From Anaeromyxobacteraceae bacterium (lineage in GTDB: Bacteria; Myxococcota; Myxococcia; Myxococcales; Anaeromyxobacteraceae): a stretch of 64,000 bases of DNA. Position numbers and translations under genes: made by a program. The stretch lies in assembly GCA_032654565.1 (NCBI GenBank), contig JAULAX010000002.1:128001-192000 (forward strand), given 5' to 3'. This document shows positions 26,431 through 37,154 of the stretch, one piece after another (position 1 is the stretch's first letter; each line of letters opens with the position of its first letter). The notes beneath the pieces are model-generated. The model searched no databases. It was not told the DNA's origin and was given only the letters and a program-made list of their open reading frames with translations.

Positions 26431-27222
26431 CTACTCGATCGAGGCCAGGAAGCGGATGGCGGCGTCGGCGCAGGCCTCGCGCTCCACGTCGACGCCCACC
26501 AGGTGGTAGCTCTCCGGCAGCTCCAGGTACTCGGCCGGCCCGCTGCCGATCCGCCGCGCCAGCCGCCGGGCCCCGGCCACCGTCACGGTGTGGTCCTGGC
26601 CGCCCATCACCACCAGCGCCGGCGCCGCGATGCCGGGCAGGAAGGAGTCGACCCGCGCCGCCAGCGCCTGCAGCTCGGCCACCGCGCCCAGCGGCACGCC
26701 GGTGAGGCAGGGGTTGCGCGCCTTCATCTGCGGGTCGCGGACGTCGGAGCCGGAGCCCTTGGGGGCGATCCTGCGCCAGAGCAGCGAGCTGCGCCCCAGC
26801 AGGCCGCCCAGCTTCCCGGTGGCCTGCAGCTCCAGCGCCGGGGCCAGCAGCACCAGCCCCTCGACCCGCTCCGGCAGGTCGTGGGCCAGGGCGCAGGCCA
26901 CCAGGGCGCCCATCGAGCAGCCGGCCACGACGACGCGGCGGGCGCCGGCGAGGCGGGCCAGGTCGCGGCGGGCGTGGGCCACCCACTCGGTCCAGGGGAT
27001 GCCGACCAGGTCCTCCGGGGTGCGGCCGTGGCCGGCCATCACCGGCGCCAGGCAGCGGTACCCCTGGGCGGAGAGGCGCAGCGCCAGGTGGTGCATCTCG
27101 AAGGGCGCGCCGGTCAGGCCGTGCAGCAGCAGCACGGCGTCGGGCCCGCCGGGGAGGTCGAGCTCCCGCCCCTCGTCGATGGCGCGGCGCTGTTCAGGGG
27201 TCGGGGTCGGGTCGCTTCTCAC
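26431..27222 (-). CDS. Alpha/beta hydrolase (carboxylesterase-like)
   Basis: LLLHGLTG, GCSMG nucleophile elbow, QDHTV, SYH. Confidence 0.88.
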   Translation of the reverse strand: MRSDPTPTPEQRRAIDEGRELDLPGGPDAVLLLHGLTGAPFEMHHLALRLSAQGYRCLAPVMAGHGRTPEDLVGIPWTEWVAHARRDLARLAGARRVVVAGCSMGALVACALAHDLPERVEGLVLLAPALELQATGKLGGLLGRSSLLWRRIAPKGSGSDVRDPQMKARNPCLTGVPLGAVAELQALAARVDSFLPGIAAPALVVMGGQDHTVTVAGARRLARRIGSGPAEYLELPESYHLVGVDVEREACADAAIRFLASIE

Positions 27223-27263
27223 GGGCTCTCGCGGCGCGGCTCCCGGGGTGCTAGGAGATCCGC

Positions 27264-27566
27264 ATGTCCGACAAGACTACCCCAGCTCCGCACGCCATCC
27301 AGATCCAGATCGACCCGGTGACCGCCAACGGCGCCTTCATCAACCTGGCCATGGTCAACCACACCGAGACCGAGTTCACCCTCGACCTCGCCTACGTGCA
27401 GCCCCAGGCCCCCCAGGCCACGGTGCGTGCCCGGGCCATCACCACCCCCAAGCACATGAAGCGGCTGCTGCTGGCCATCCAGGACAACCTCTCCCGGTAC
27501 GAAGCCCGCTTCGGGACCATCGACCTCGGCGACACCCCCCACTTCCCCGGCGGGGTGGTCAACTGA
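27264..27566 (+). CDS. DUF3467-like small protein
   Basis: G.F.NLAMVNH..TEF.LD..Y.QP......VRAR.I.TP.H.KRLL.A..DN...YE..FG.I. Confidence 0.8.
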   Translation: MSDKTTPAPHAIQIQIDPVTANGAFINLAMVNHTETEFTLDLAYVQPQAPQATVRARAITTPKHMKRLLLAIQDNLSRYEARFGTIDLGDTPHFPGGVVN

Positions 27567-27778
27567 TCGCGCCGGCGCCGGCTGCTGGTGGCGCCGGCGC
27601 AAGCCTCCTCCAGCTGCGTCGTTGGCGAGGAGAGGGGCGGAAGACCTTACCCGGCGGTTCGCTGGTCCGGATTGCGCGCCCTGAAGGGCGCGCGGTTTGA
27701 GGTCCGCGGCGCGGCCGCTGGTCCGCCACCTGAACGCCCGTCCATGATCGCCCGCCCCTGATCCCGGGGGGTTGGCCG

Positions 27779-27794
27779 CGGCACGCCCCCTGCT
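27779..27794 (+). promoter_or_regulatory. Putative sigma-54 promoter
   Basis: CGGCACGCCCCCTGCT = GG-N10-GC, resembling TGGCACG-N4-TTGCW, 45 nt before ATG 27839. Confidence 0.55.
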
Positions 27795-27838
27795 CTCTCC
27801 CTGGTCGTGCAGCAACCAACCACGAACATGGAGCGAAC

Positions 27839-28102
27839 ATGAGCGACCAGAAGGAAGCGAACGGCAAGAAGCTGGCGGTCTACGCCATCAACGAGAAGGA
27901 CGGCGACCGGGCGGCCTGGTGGCAGAAGATCGGCATGGCCTTCACCAACCGGGACGGCAGCATCGCCATCTACCTCGACGCCCTGCCTCTCGGCACCAAC
28001 AAGCTGCAGATCCGCGAGCCGCGCGACGAGGCCCGCCCCGGCGCCGCCGCGCCGGCCAGCGCCAACGGGAGCGGCAAGCGCGGCGAGGAGGCCCGCCCGT
28101 GA
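27839..28102 (+). CDS. Small hypothetical protein (W.KIG.AF.N.DGSI...LDALP family)
   Basis: RBS GGAG, normal codon usage, stop overlaps the next GTG. Confidence 0.75.
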   Translation: MSDQKEANGKKLAVYAINEKDGDRAAWWQKIGMAFTNRDGSIAIYLDALPLGTNKLQIREPRDEARPGAAAPASANGSGKRGEEARP

Positions 28103-28443
28103 CCCGCTGGCTCCGGGTCGCGGCGACGGTGGCCGGGCTGGCGCTGGCCCTCCCCGCGCTGGCGGCCCCGGCCGCCAAGAAGGGGCTGGCGCCCAACGAC
28201 CGGATCGACCTCAACCGGGCCAGCACCGTGGAGCTGATGCGGCTCCCCGGCGTCGGCCAGAAGAAGGCGCAGGCCATCGTGGCGCTGCGCAGCCGCCAGC
28301 CCTTCAAGAAGCCGGAGGACGTGGTGGCGGTGAAGGGGCTGGGGCCGGCCTGGTTCGCCAAGGTCAAGGCCCACCTGGTGGTCGGCGCGCCGCTGGGCGC
28401 CGCCCCCGCCGCCGCGCCGGTGGCGACCACCGCGCGGCGGTGA
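28099..28443 (+). CDS. ComEA-like helix-hairpin-helix DNA-binding protein with signal peptide
   Basis: IDLNRAS..EL..LPGVG..KA.AIV..R...F...ED...VKGLG. Confidence 0.88.
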   Translation: MTRWLRVAATVAGLALALPALAAPAAKKGLAPNDRIDLNRASTVELMRLPGVGQKKAQAIVALRSRQPFKKPEDVVAVKGLGPAWFAKVKAHLVVGAPLGAAPAAAPVATTARR

Positions 28444-28569
28444 ACTTCAACCCTTGAAGCAGGGCGTGCGCCAAGCGCCGGATCTCCCTCCTCTTCGGCG
28501 CCGCGCCCGCCCTGCCTCGACCCGCCGTTCCGGTGGCGCGCCGATCTCGCGCCTTGACGGCCCGCCTCC

Positions 28570-28780
28570 GCTCCGGTACCGAGTGGGTTGCAGCACCCGC
28601 TCGGAGGAACAGGGAAGTCCGGTCCAATGCCGGCGCGGTCCCGCCACTGTAGCCGGGGAGAAGTCGCCTCCAGGGTAGTCACCACTGCCGCGGACGTTCG
28701 CGGTGGGAAGGTGGGAGGCGGCGAGCGGCGACGGAACTCCGTCGTGCGCGGCCCCGGGAGCCAGGAGACCTCCCTTCGAG
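28570..28780 (+). ncRNA. Cobalamin riboswitch
   Basis: AGGGAAGTCCGGT..AA..CCGG..CCGCCACTGT, CCACTG...GGGAAGG, B12 box AGCCAGGAGACCT; lies upstream of a TonB-dependent receptor. Confidence 0.9.
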
Positions 28781-28837
28781 CAGGCACCGGCATCTCGCCG
28801 TGGCCACGGTTGTCGCGTCCGAAGGAGACGCGCGGCT

Positions 28838-30754
28838 TTGAACTCGAAGACCCTGCTCCAGGGGCTCATCGCCCTCTCATGCTGCGTCGTCACGCCCTCG
28901 CGCGCCGAGGAGCCGCCGCCCGTCCTCATGGACGAGCAGCTGGTCCGGCTGCCGCGCGCCGAGGCCGCCGGCGATCCCACCGCCGCGGCCACGGTGATCA
29001 GCGCCGCCCGCTTCGCCGGCGGGGCCAAGGACGTGGCCCAGCTGGTGGCCACCTCCCCGGGCGTGGCGGTCGCCGACTACGGCGGCCTCGGCCAGCTCAC
29101 CACCGTCTCGATCCGCGGCTCCACCGCCGACGGCGTGCTGGTGCTGCTCGACGGCCTGCCGCTCAACTCGGCCTTCGGCGGCGCCGTCGATCTCTCCTCG
29201 ATCCCGCGCGGATGGATCGACCGGATCGAGGTGCTGCGCGGGCCGGAGGGGGCGCGCCACGGCGCCGGGGCGCTGGGCGGGGTGGTCAACGTCATCACCC
29301 GCCGGGCCGCGAGCGGGCAGTGGTCGGCCGAGGCCACGGGCGGCTCCTTCGGCAGCGGCGCGCTGGCGGCCGACGGGGTGGTGGCGCTGCTCGGTGGCAC
29401 GCTGCTCGTGGCCGCCAGCGGCGACACCACCCGGGGCGACTTCCCCTACCTCTACGACACGACCCCCTCCTTCGCCGGCGGCGTCGAGCCGCGGGTGCGC
29501 GACAACGCCGCCGCCACCCGGGGCGGGGCGCTGGCCCGGCTCTCGGTCCCGGCGGCCGGTGGCTGGCTCGACGCCGTGCTGCAGGGCTCGGCCGGCGACC
29601 GCGGACTGCCCGGCTTCGCAACGGGCCCGACCCCCGACGACTGGCAGCGCGACGGCCGGCTGCTGGCGACGGCCCGCTACACCCGCGCCGCCGGCAGCGG
29701 GCTCACGGTCGGCGGCCGGGCCAGCCTCCGGCTCGACCGGCTCGACGTCCGGGTCGGCAACCCCGAGCCCTGGCGGCAGCGAGGCGCCGCCGGCGGGGCG
29801 ACGGCCGAGCTCGGCTGGGCCCACCCGGGCGGGCAGCTCTCCTCGCAGCTCTCCGCCGAGATCGAGACCATCGACTCGCAGGGGCTCGCCTCGACCCGCC
29901 GCAACACCCTGGGCCTCGCGGTCGGCGACGACCTGCTCCTGCTCGGCGCCAGGCTGCGGGTGGCCCCGGCCCTCCGGCTCGACGCCGTCGGCCACTTCAC
30001 CGGCCTCTCCGGCAAGCTGGGGGCCTCCTGGCTGCTCGCCGACGGCTGGTCGGTGCGGGCCAGCGCCGGCCGCACCTTCCGCGCCCCCAGCCTGGCCGAG
30101 CTCTCCTTCCAGCAGGGGCTGGTGATGCCCAACCCGGACCTGCTCCCGGAGTCGGGGCTGGCCGCCGACGCCTCGCTGGTGGCCGACGGTCCGTTCGGCC
30201 TCCTCACGCTGGGCGGTCACCTCACCCGCTACCGCGACCTCATCCTCTACCAGCCGACCTCGTTCGGCCGCCTCAAGCCCTTCAACGCCGGGCAGGCCTT
30301 CGTCGCCGGCGTCGAGGCCGAAGTGGCCACCGCCCCCATGCTCGGGCCGGCCCGGGCCACGCTCTCCGGCGCCTGGACCTGGCTCTACAGCGAGCTGCTC
30401 CGGGGCGGCCCCGACGAGGTGGGGAGGCAGATCCCCTACCGTCCTCGCCAGCGGCTCTACGCGCGGGCCACCGCCGCCCCCGGGCGCTTCTCCCTCCACG
30501 TCGAGCTCCACCACGTCGGCCTGCGCTACAGCGACCGGCGCAACCTCGACCCCGTCCCGGCCACGCTGCTCTGGAACGCGGGCGCCGGCGTCGTGCTCCA
30601 CCGCCCGCTCGGCCTCGCCCTGCACCTCGAGGTCAAGAACCTGCTCGACGACCGGACGCTCAACGACGGCCTCGGCAACCCCCTCCCCTCGCGGATGGTG
30701 CTGGTCACCCTCCGCGCCGGCTCCCTCCCTCACCCCACCGAAGGATCTCCATGA
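28838..30754 (+). CDS. TonB-dependent receptor (BtuB-like)
   Basis: Plug SIRGS...VLVLLDG.P...IDRIEVLRG...G.GALGGVVNVIT; C-terminal VKNLLD; TTG start after AAGGAG. Confidence 0.88.
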   Translation: MNSKTLLQGLIALSCCVVTPSRAEEPPPVLMDEQLVRLPRAEAAGDPTAAATVISAARFAGGAKDVAQLVATSPGVAVADYGGLGQLTTVSIRGSTADGVLVLLDGLPLNSAFGGAVDLSSIPRGWIDRIEVLRGPEGARHGAGALGGVVNVITRRAASGQWSAEATGGSFGSGALAADGVVALLGGTLLVAASGDTTRGDFPYLYDTTPSFAGGVEPRVRDNAAATRGGALARLSVPAAGGWLDAVLQGSAGDRGLPGFATGPTPDDWQRDGRLLATARYTRAAGSGLTVGGRASLRLDRLDVRVGNPEPWRQRGAAGGATAELGWAHPGGQLSSQLSAEIETIDSQGLASTRRNTLGLAVGDDLLLLGARLRVAPALRLDAVGHFTGLSGKLGASWLLADGWSVRASAGRTFRAPSLAELSFQQGLVMPNPDLLPESGLAADASLVADGPFGLLTLGGHLTRYRDLILYQPTSFGRLKPFNAGQAFVAGVEAEVATAPMLGPARATLSGAWTWLYSELLRGGPDEVGRQIPYRPRQRLYARATAAPGRFSLHVELHHVGLRYSDRRNLDPVPATLLWNAGAGVVLHRPLGLALHLEVKNLLDDRTLNDGLGNPLPSRMVLVTLRAGSLPHPTEGSP

Positions 30755-32133
30755 ACCGCTCTTTCCACCTCGCCGTCGCCCTCGCCGCCCTCGCCGCCGT
30801 GACCGGCTGCACCACGGAGGTCACCTGCCCGGCCGGCGAGTCGGTCTGCGGCAACGCCTGCCTCGACCTGGCGCTCGACGCCGCCAACTGCGGCGCCTGC
30901 GGCCACGCCTGCGCCGGCGGCTTCGACTGCCGCGCCGGGGCCTGCGTGGCGCTCAGCACCGACCGGCTCAACTGCGGCGCGGTCGGCCGGGCCTGCCAGC
31001 CGGGCGAGTCCTGCCTCACCGGCGCCTGCACCTCGCTGCAGGTCGCCTGCTTCGCCTCCGACGAGGTGCGCGCCGTGGAGCCGCTCGACCTGGCCGCCGG
31101 TTCGGCCCCGCGGGCCGCCGGGGTCGGCCCCATCGCGCTGGCGACCCTGGGCGCGGACACCTGGGCCGCCGGCTCGCTCTCCGGCTCGCTCGCGCGCCTC
31201 CCCTTCGACCGGTCGACGGCACCGACCGAGTACCTGCTCCACGGCAAGGACTTCGAGTTCATCACCGCCCACGCCGGCCGCCTGCTCATCTCCAACGCCG
31301 GCGCCGGCACCGTGGTCGTCGTCGATCCATCGAGCGGAGGCGTGGTCTTCGAGATCCCGGTCGGCGCCAAGGCCGGTGACAACATCAAGGGGATCGCCTT
31401 CGCCGCCGCCCCCGGGGCCAGTGAGAAGGCCTTCGTCTCGCTCCAGGGCGACTTCGTCACCGGCGATCCCACGCTCGGCCAGAAGATCGCCGTGCTCGAC
31501 GCCGCCGGCCTGGCCACCTGCGGCGTGGCCGGCTCGCCGCTCCCTTGCCTGGGCGCGCCCACGCTCCTCGACGTCACCGCGGGCGCCGACGCCCCGGGCC
31601 TCCCCTTCCCGGGCCGGTCGGTGGCCTTCGGCGGCAAGGTCTATGTCGTCCTCGCCAACCTGCGGAAGATCTGCTTCACGGACAACACCAAGACCCCTCC
31701 GGTCACCAGCTGCTACTGGACCGACCCGGCCGGTCCCGGCCGGCTGGCGGTGGTCGATCCGGCCGGCGCGACCGGCCCCTCGGTCAGCTACCTCTCGCTC
31801 GGCGCGGCCTGCGGCAACCCGGGCGGCCTCGCCGTACGCGGCAGCTCGATCTGGGTCGCCTGCGGCACCGGCGGGCTGGTGGAGGTGGCGCTCGGTGGCC
31901 CGGCGCCGGTGGTGAGCGGGCTCCACGTCACCCCGGGCTTCATGGTCCCCGGGAACGTGGCATTCTGCGGCGATCGTGGCTTCGTCACCGACCAGTACTC
32001 GGGCGATGTCTACGCCTTCGACCCCGTGAACTACGCCGCCTCCTCCGCCGCCGCCACCACCGTCTGCCCGCTCGGCGTCTACGGCTACGCCTGGGCCGCC
32101 GACGTCGCCTGCGCCTCCCGCCCCCTCCCCTGA
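30751..32133 (+). CDS. Cys-rich lipoprotein with a probable beta-propeller
   Basis: Lipobox AVTGC; repeated D..NCGACG.AC motifs followed by a beta-rich region. Confidence 0.8.
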   Translation: MNRSFHLAVALAALAAVTGCTTEVTCPAGESVCGNACLDLALDAANCGACGHACAGGFDCRAGACVALSTDRLNCGAVGRACQPGESCLTGACTSLQVACFASDEVRAVEPLDLAAGSAPRAAGVGPIALATLGADTWAAGSLSGSLARLPFDRSTAPTEYLLHGKDFEFITAHAGRLLISNAGAGTVVVVDPSSGGVVFEIPVGAKAGDNIKGIAFAAAPGASEKAFVSLQGDFVTGDPTLGQKIAVLDAAGLATCGVAGSPLPCLGAPTLLDVTAGADAPGLPFPGRSVAFGGKVYVVLANLRKICFTDNTKTPPVTSCYWTDPAGPGRLAVVDPAGATGPSVSYLSLGAACGNPGGLAVRGSSIWVACGTGGLVEVALGGPAPVVSGLHVTPGFMVPGNVAFCGDRGFVTDQYSGDVYAFDPVNYAASSAAATTVCPLGVYGYAWAADVACASRPLP

Positions 32134-33065
32134 TGCGAGCCGCCCGACCCACGCTCCTCGCCCTCCTCCTCGCCGCCGCGGCGCCGGCGGGGGCCATCAC
32201 CCGGGGGCCCGGCCCCACCTCGGCGGCCGCGGGGCCGCTCCTGCCGGTCTCCTCGCGGGGAGCGGCGGCGGGGGGCGCCACCTGGGTGGGCCGGCCGCCG
32301 GCGGCCGGAGCCCGGCGCATCGTCACGCTGGCGCCGTCGATGACCGACTACCTGGTGGCGCTCGGCGCCGCCGACCGGATCGTCGGCGTCACCCGCGTCG
32401 ACCACGCCCCCGAGGTGGCCGGCCGGCCGCGCGTCGGGGGCTTCCTCGATCCCTCGCCGGAGGCGGTGCTCGGCCTCAAGCCGGACCTGGTCCTCTGGGT
32501 GACCGACGGCGGGGCCCTGGCCGCGGTGCGCCGGCTGGCCGAGCTCTCGGCCGGCGCCTTCGCCATCCTCGCCGTCCCGGTGGTCACCGTGGCCGACGTG
32601 CCGGCCACCGCCAGGCTGGTGGGCGAGGCCATCGGCGAGCCGGCCGCCGGCGCGGCGCTGGCCGCCCGGCTGCAGGGCGCGCTCGACCGGCTCGGCGCCG
32701 GCGCCGCCGGGCGACCCCACCCGCGGGTGCTCTTCGTGGTGGGGCGCGACCCGCTGGTGGTGGCCGGGCCGGGCTCCTTCCCCGACGAGCTGCTCCGCCT
32801 CGCCGGGGCGGTCAACGCCGTGGGCGGGTCGCGCCCCTGGCCGGTCTACCCGCTGGAGCTGGCGGTGGCCGCCAACCCGGACCTGGTCATCGACGCCGCC
32901 TTCGACGAGCCGGCCCAGGGTATCGAGCGGCTGGCGGCCATCCCGGCGGTGCGGCGCGGCGCGGTGGCCCGGCTGCGGCGCGACGACCTGCTGCGGGCCG
33001 GCCCGCGGATGATCGAGGCGCTCGGCGACCTGGAGCAGGCCCTGCGCGGAGCCGGCCCCCGGTGA
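32133..33065 (+). CDS. Helical-backbone periplasmic binding protein (BtuF-like)
   Basis: RIVTLAPS.T..L.ALGA, P.PEAVL.LKPDLV, L.R.GPR. Confidence 0.85.
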   Translation: MRAARPTLLALLLAAAAPAGAITRGPGPTSAAAGPLLPVSSRGAAAGGATWVGRPPAAGARRIVTLAPSMTDYLVALGAADRIVGVTRVDHAPEVAGRPRVGGFLDPSPEAVLGLKPDLVLWVTDGGALAAVRRLAELSAGAFAILAVPVVTVADVPATARLVGEAIGEPAAGAALAARLQGALDRLGAGAAGRPHPRVLFVVGRDPLVVAGPGSFPDELLRLAGAVNAVGGSRPWPVYPLELAVAANPDLVIDAAFDEPAQGIERLAAIPAVRRGAVARLRRDDLLRAGPRMIEALGDLEQALRGAGPR

Positions 33066-34104
33066 CCCGCCTGCGGCGCTCCCGGCTGACGCTGGCGCTC
33101 GGCCTCGGCCTGCTGGCCATCGTCGCCGCCGTGGGGGTCTCCTGCCTGCTCGGTCCCCAGCCCATCTCGCTTCGCGCCGCGCTCGACGGCGTCGAGCCCG
33201 ACCGGGCCATCCTCTTCGGCCTGCGGCTGCCGCGGGCGGCGCTGGCGGCGGTGGTCGGCTTCGCGCTGGCCGCGGCCGGGACGGCGCTGCAGGCCCTGCT
33301 GCGCAACCCGCTGGCCGAGCCCTTCGTGCTCGGGGTCTCGGGCGGCGCGGCCCTGGGCGGGACGCTGGTGATGCTGGCGGCGGCCGGGCTCTCGGCGGTG
33401 GCCGGGCCGGCCGGGGCGCTGCTCGGGTCGGCGCCGCCGGTGGCCGCCGGCGCGGTGGCCGGCGCCGTCCTCTCCACCTTCCTGGTCTTCGGCCTCGGGC
33501 GCATCGGGGGGCGGCTGGTGCCGGAGGCGGCATTGCTGGTCGGCATCGTCTTCAACGCCTTCGTGGCCGGGGTCATCACCCTGCTGAAGATGCTGGCCCC
33601 GCCCGACCAGGCGGCCCGGCTGCTCTACTGGCTGATGGGGGCCATCGGCTACGAGTCCCCGGCCACGCTGGCGGCCGGCACCGTGCTGGTGCTGCTCTCG
33701 GTGGGCACCCTCGGCCTGCTCTCGGCCCGGCTCAACCTGCTCACCCTCGGCGACGAGGAGGCCGCCTCGCTGGGCGTCGACGTCAAGCGCACCCGGGCCC
33801 TGGTCTTCTTCGCCGCCTCGGCCGCCACCGGCGCCGCCGTGGCGCTGGCCGGCATGGTCGGCTTCGTCGGCCTCATCGTCCCGCACCTGGTGCGGCGGCT
33901 GGTCGGCCCCGACCACCGGCTGCTGCTCCCCGCCTCGGCCCTCTTCGGCGCCGCCTTCCTGGTGGGCGCCGACGCCCTGGCCCGGCTCGCCTTCCTGCCG
34001 CTCGGCACCGAGCCGCCGGTCGGCGCCGTCACCGCCTTCCTGGGCGGGCCGTTCTTCCTCTGGCTGCTGCGCCGCCAGGCCCGCGAGCACGACGAGGCGA
34101 CCAC

Positions 34105-34108
<4 letters not shown>
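33062..34108 (+). CDS. FecCD/BtuC-family ABC permease
   Basis: LRLPR, QALLRNPLAEP..LGVS.GA, GFVGLIVPH. Confidence 0.92.
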
Positions 34109-34918
<810 letters not shown>

Positions 34919-34929
<11 letters not shown>

Positions 34930-35332
34930 GCGCGCCACCGGCTGGCTCGGCGCCGCCCGGCTGCTGCTGCGCGACCTGGCGCTCCGGGCCCGGCAGCGCT
35001 GGGGGCGGCACCAGCGGCGCGTCTTCCAGCGGCGCGCCGTGGCCTGCGAGGCCCGGCTGGACATCGACGCCGGCACGCTCCACGTCCGGGTCTGCGATAT
35101 CTCCGAGGGCGGCGCCCTGCTCGAGCTCGACGAGCCGCTCGAGCCCGGGGCGCGGGCCCAGCTCCGCTTCCCCGACCTCCCCGGGCGCCCGGCCGCCTGG
35201 TGCGTGGTCCAGCACGCCCGGCCCGAGGGGCGCCGCATCGGCGTCGAGTTCCAGGGCGATCCGGCCGTCAACGCCCGGCTGGCGGCGGCGCTGGTGGAGC
35301 GCCACGGCGCCCCCTCGCCCGGCCTGGGCTGA
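34919..35332 (+). CDS. PilZ domain protein
   Basis: QRRVFQR (RxxxR) and DISEGG (DxSxxG). Confidence 0.8.
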
Positions 35333-35344
35333 GGGCCGCCGCGC

Positions 35345-36238
35345 CTACTGCGGCGGGTAGTAGCGGAGCGAGAGGGCCAGCTCGCGGGCGCTGGACGCCT
35401 GGAACGACTGCTTGTAGCCGAAGTCGATGGAGAAGCCGTCGTCGGAGGTCACGCCGACGCCGCCCGACCACCAGGCGCCGCCCAGCAGCTCGTCGCGCGT
35501 CCAGCCGGCCCGCACCGCCAGCATCCCGCCCACCAGCCCGACGGCGCCGGCGGCGTAGCGGTTGGCGGTGCGCCCGTGGGGAAGGAAGACGCCCCGCCAG
35601 TCGGCCTGCACCCGGACGCTGGTGTCGCTGCCGACCGCCAGCCCGGCCCCCATGGCCTGCGGCAGGGAGTCGGGGTGGTGGGTGGGGACCAGGTTGAAGC
35701 CGGAGACCGCCAGCGTCACCGCGCCGGTCAGGTCCCAGGTCAGGCCGGCGTCGGCGGTGACGGCCTGGATGGGCTCGGCCCCGCCCAGCTTCAGGTAGCG
35801 CCCCTGGACGCCGGCGCGGAGGGTCTCGCTCATGGCGCCGGAGAAGCCGAGCAGGAAGAGGGTGCCCTTGGCGTCGCCCTCCAGCGACTGGAAGTAGCCG
35901 ACCGAGGTGGCCACCGGCGTGCTCACCGGGTCGACCACGACCAGGCCGAGGTAGCGGCCGGTGGTGAGGGCGCCGCGCCGCTCGTTCACCACCATGGCCT
36001 CGGCCACGTAGCCGGTGCGGAGGCCGGTGGCGGCGGGGTTGACCAGGACCGCCTCGCTGCCGGTGATCCCGGCGGTGGCGGCGCTGGTCCCCAGCGCCCT
36101 CGGGCCCACCAGCTCGAAGAGGCCGCCCGGGCAGGGCGGCGACGGGCAGGTCGGCGGGACGTCGGCGGCCAGGGTGGGCGCGGCGGCGAGCGCGAGCAGC
36201 GTCGCGGCGGCGAGGATCAGGGGGTTGGGGCGAGGCAC
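35345..36238 (-). CDS. Hypothetical secreted/outer-membrane beta-barrel protein
   Basis: Signal peptide, G.RALG...NPA motif, alternating beta strands. Confidence 0.7.
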   Translation of the reverse strand: MPRPNPLILAAATLLALAAAPTLAADVPPTCPSPPCPGGLFELVGPRALGTSAATAGITGSEAVLVNPAATGLRTGYVAEAMVVNERRGALTTGRYLGLVVVDPVSTPVATSVGYFQSLEGDAKGTLFLLGFSGAMSETLRAGVQGRYLKLGGAEPIQAVTADAGLTWDLTGAVTLAVSGFNLVPTHHPDSLPQAMGAGLAVGSDTSVRVQADWRGVFLPHGRTANRYAAGAVGLVGGMLAVRAGWTRDELLGGAWWSGGVGVTSDDGFSIDFGYKQSFQASSARELALSLRYYPPQ

Positions 36239-36290
36239 GCGGCGAGGATAGCCCGGGAGGGGCCGGGCGCAAGGATGCTAGACTCCCGCC

Positions 36291-37154
36291 ATGTCGAAGC
36301 CCATCCGCAAGGCGGTCATCCCCGCCGCCGGCCTGGGGACCCGCTTCCTCCCCGCCACCAAGGCGGTGCCCAAGGAGCTGCTCCCCATCGTCGACATCCC
36401 CACCATCCAGTACATCGTCGAGGAGGCGGTGGCGGCCGGGGTGCGCGACGTCATCCTCATCTGCGCCCGCGGCAAGGACTCCATCGTCGACCACTTCGAC
36501 ATCGCCGCCGAGCTGGAGGCCAACCTGGAGCGGACCGGCAAGACCGCGCTGCGCGCCGAGATGCGCCGCATCGCCCAGATGGCCCGGGTGGTGACGGTGC
36601 GGCAGCAGGAGCCGCTCGGCCTCGGCCACGCCGTGCTCTGCGCCAAGGCGCTGGTCGGCGACGAGCCCTTCGTGGTGATGCTGGGCGACGACATCATCGA
36701 CGCCAAGGTGCCGGCCACCCGCCAGCTGGCCGACTGCTGGGCCCGCCACGGCCTCGGCACCATCGCCCTCATGGAGGTGCCGCCCGCCGAGACCTCGATG
36801 TACGGCATCGCCGCCGGCACGCCGCTCGACGAGCGCACCACCCGCATCGAGCGGCTGGTGGAGAAGCCGAAGCAGGATCCGCCCTCCACCCTGGCGGTCA
36901 TCGGCCGTTACGTGCTGCCGCCGCGCATCTTCGAGCTGCTGGAGCAGGTCAAGCCGGGCGTGGGGGGCGAGATCCAGCTCACCGACGCGCTGGCCATGCT
37001 GGCCAGGGAGCAGGGGCTGCTCGGCTACCGGTTCGAAGGGGACCGCTACGACGCCGGCGACCGGCTCGGCTACCTGAAGGCCAACATCGCCTTCGCCATG
37101 AAGCGGCCGGAGCTGGCCGGGCCGCTGCGCCAGTACCTCGCGGAGCTGCCGTGA
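36291..37154 (+). CDS. galU: UTP-glucose-1-phosphate uridylyltransferase
   Basis: KAVIPAAGLGTRFLPATKA.PKE.LP, LGLGHAV, GEIQLTDA. Confidence 0.96.
   Translation: MSKPIRKAVIPAAGLGTRFLPATKAVPKELLPIVDIPTIQYIVEEAVAAGVRDVILICARGKDSIVDHFDIAAELEANLERTGKTALRAEMRRIAQMARVVTVRQQEPLGLGHAVLCAKALVGDEPFVVMLGDDIIDAKVPATRQLADCWARHGLGTIALMEVPPAETSMYGIAAGTPLDERTTRIERLVEKPKQDPPSTLAVIGRYVLPPRIFELLEQVKPGVGGEIQLTDALAMLAREQGLLGYRFEGDRYDAGDRLGYLKANIAFAMKRPELAGPLRQYLAELP

Noticed and set aside
27730..27746. Myxobacterial LexA box CTGAACGCCCGTCCATG
   Set aside because: The right half deviates from GTTCAG at two positions; too weak without a genome-wide model
28588..30750. 1181-aa ORF fusing the riboswitch region to the lipoprotein
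   Set aside because: The upstream part is an alternate frame over the riboswitch and TonB receptor; the real start is ATG 30751 with a signal peptide
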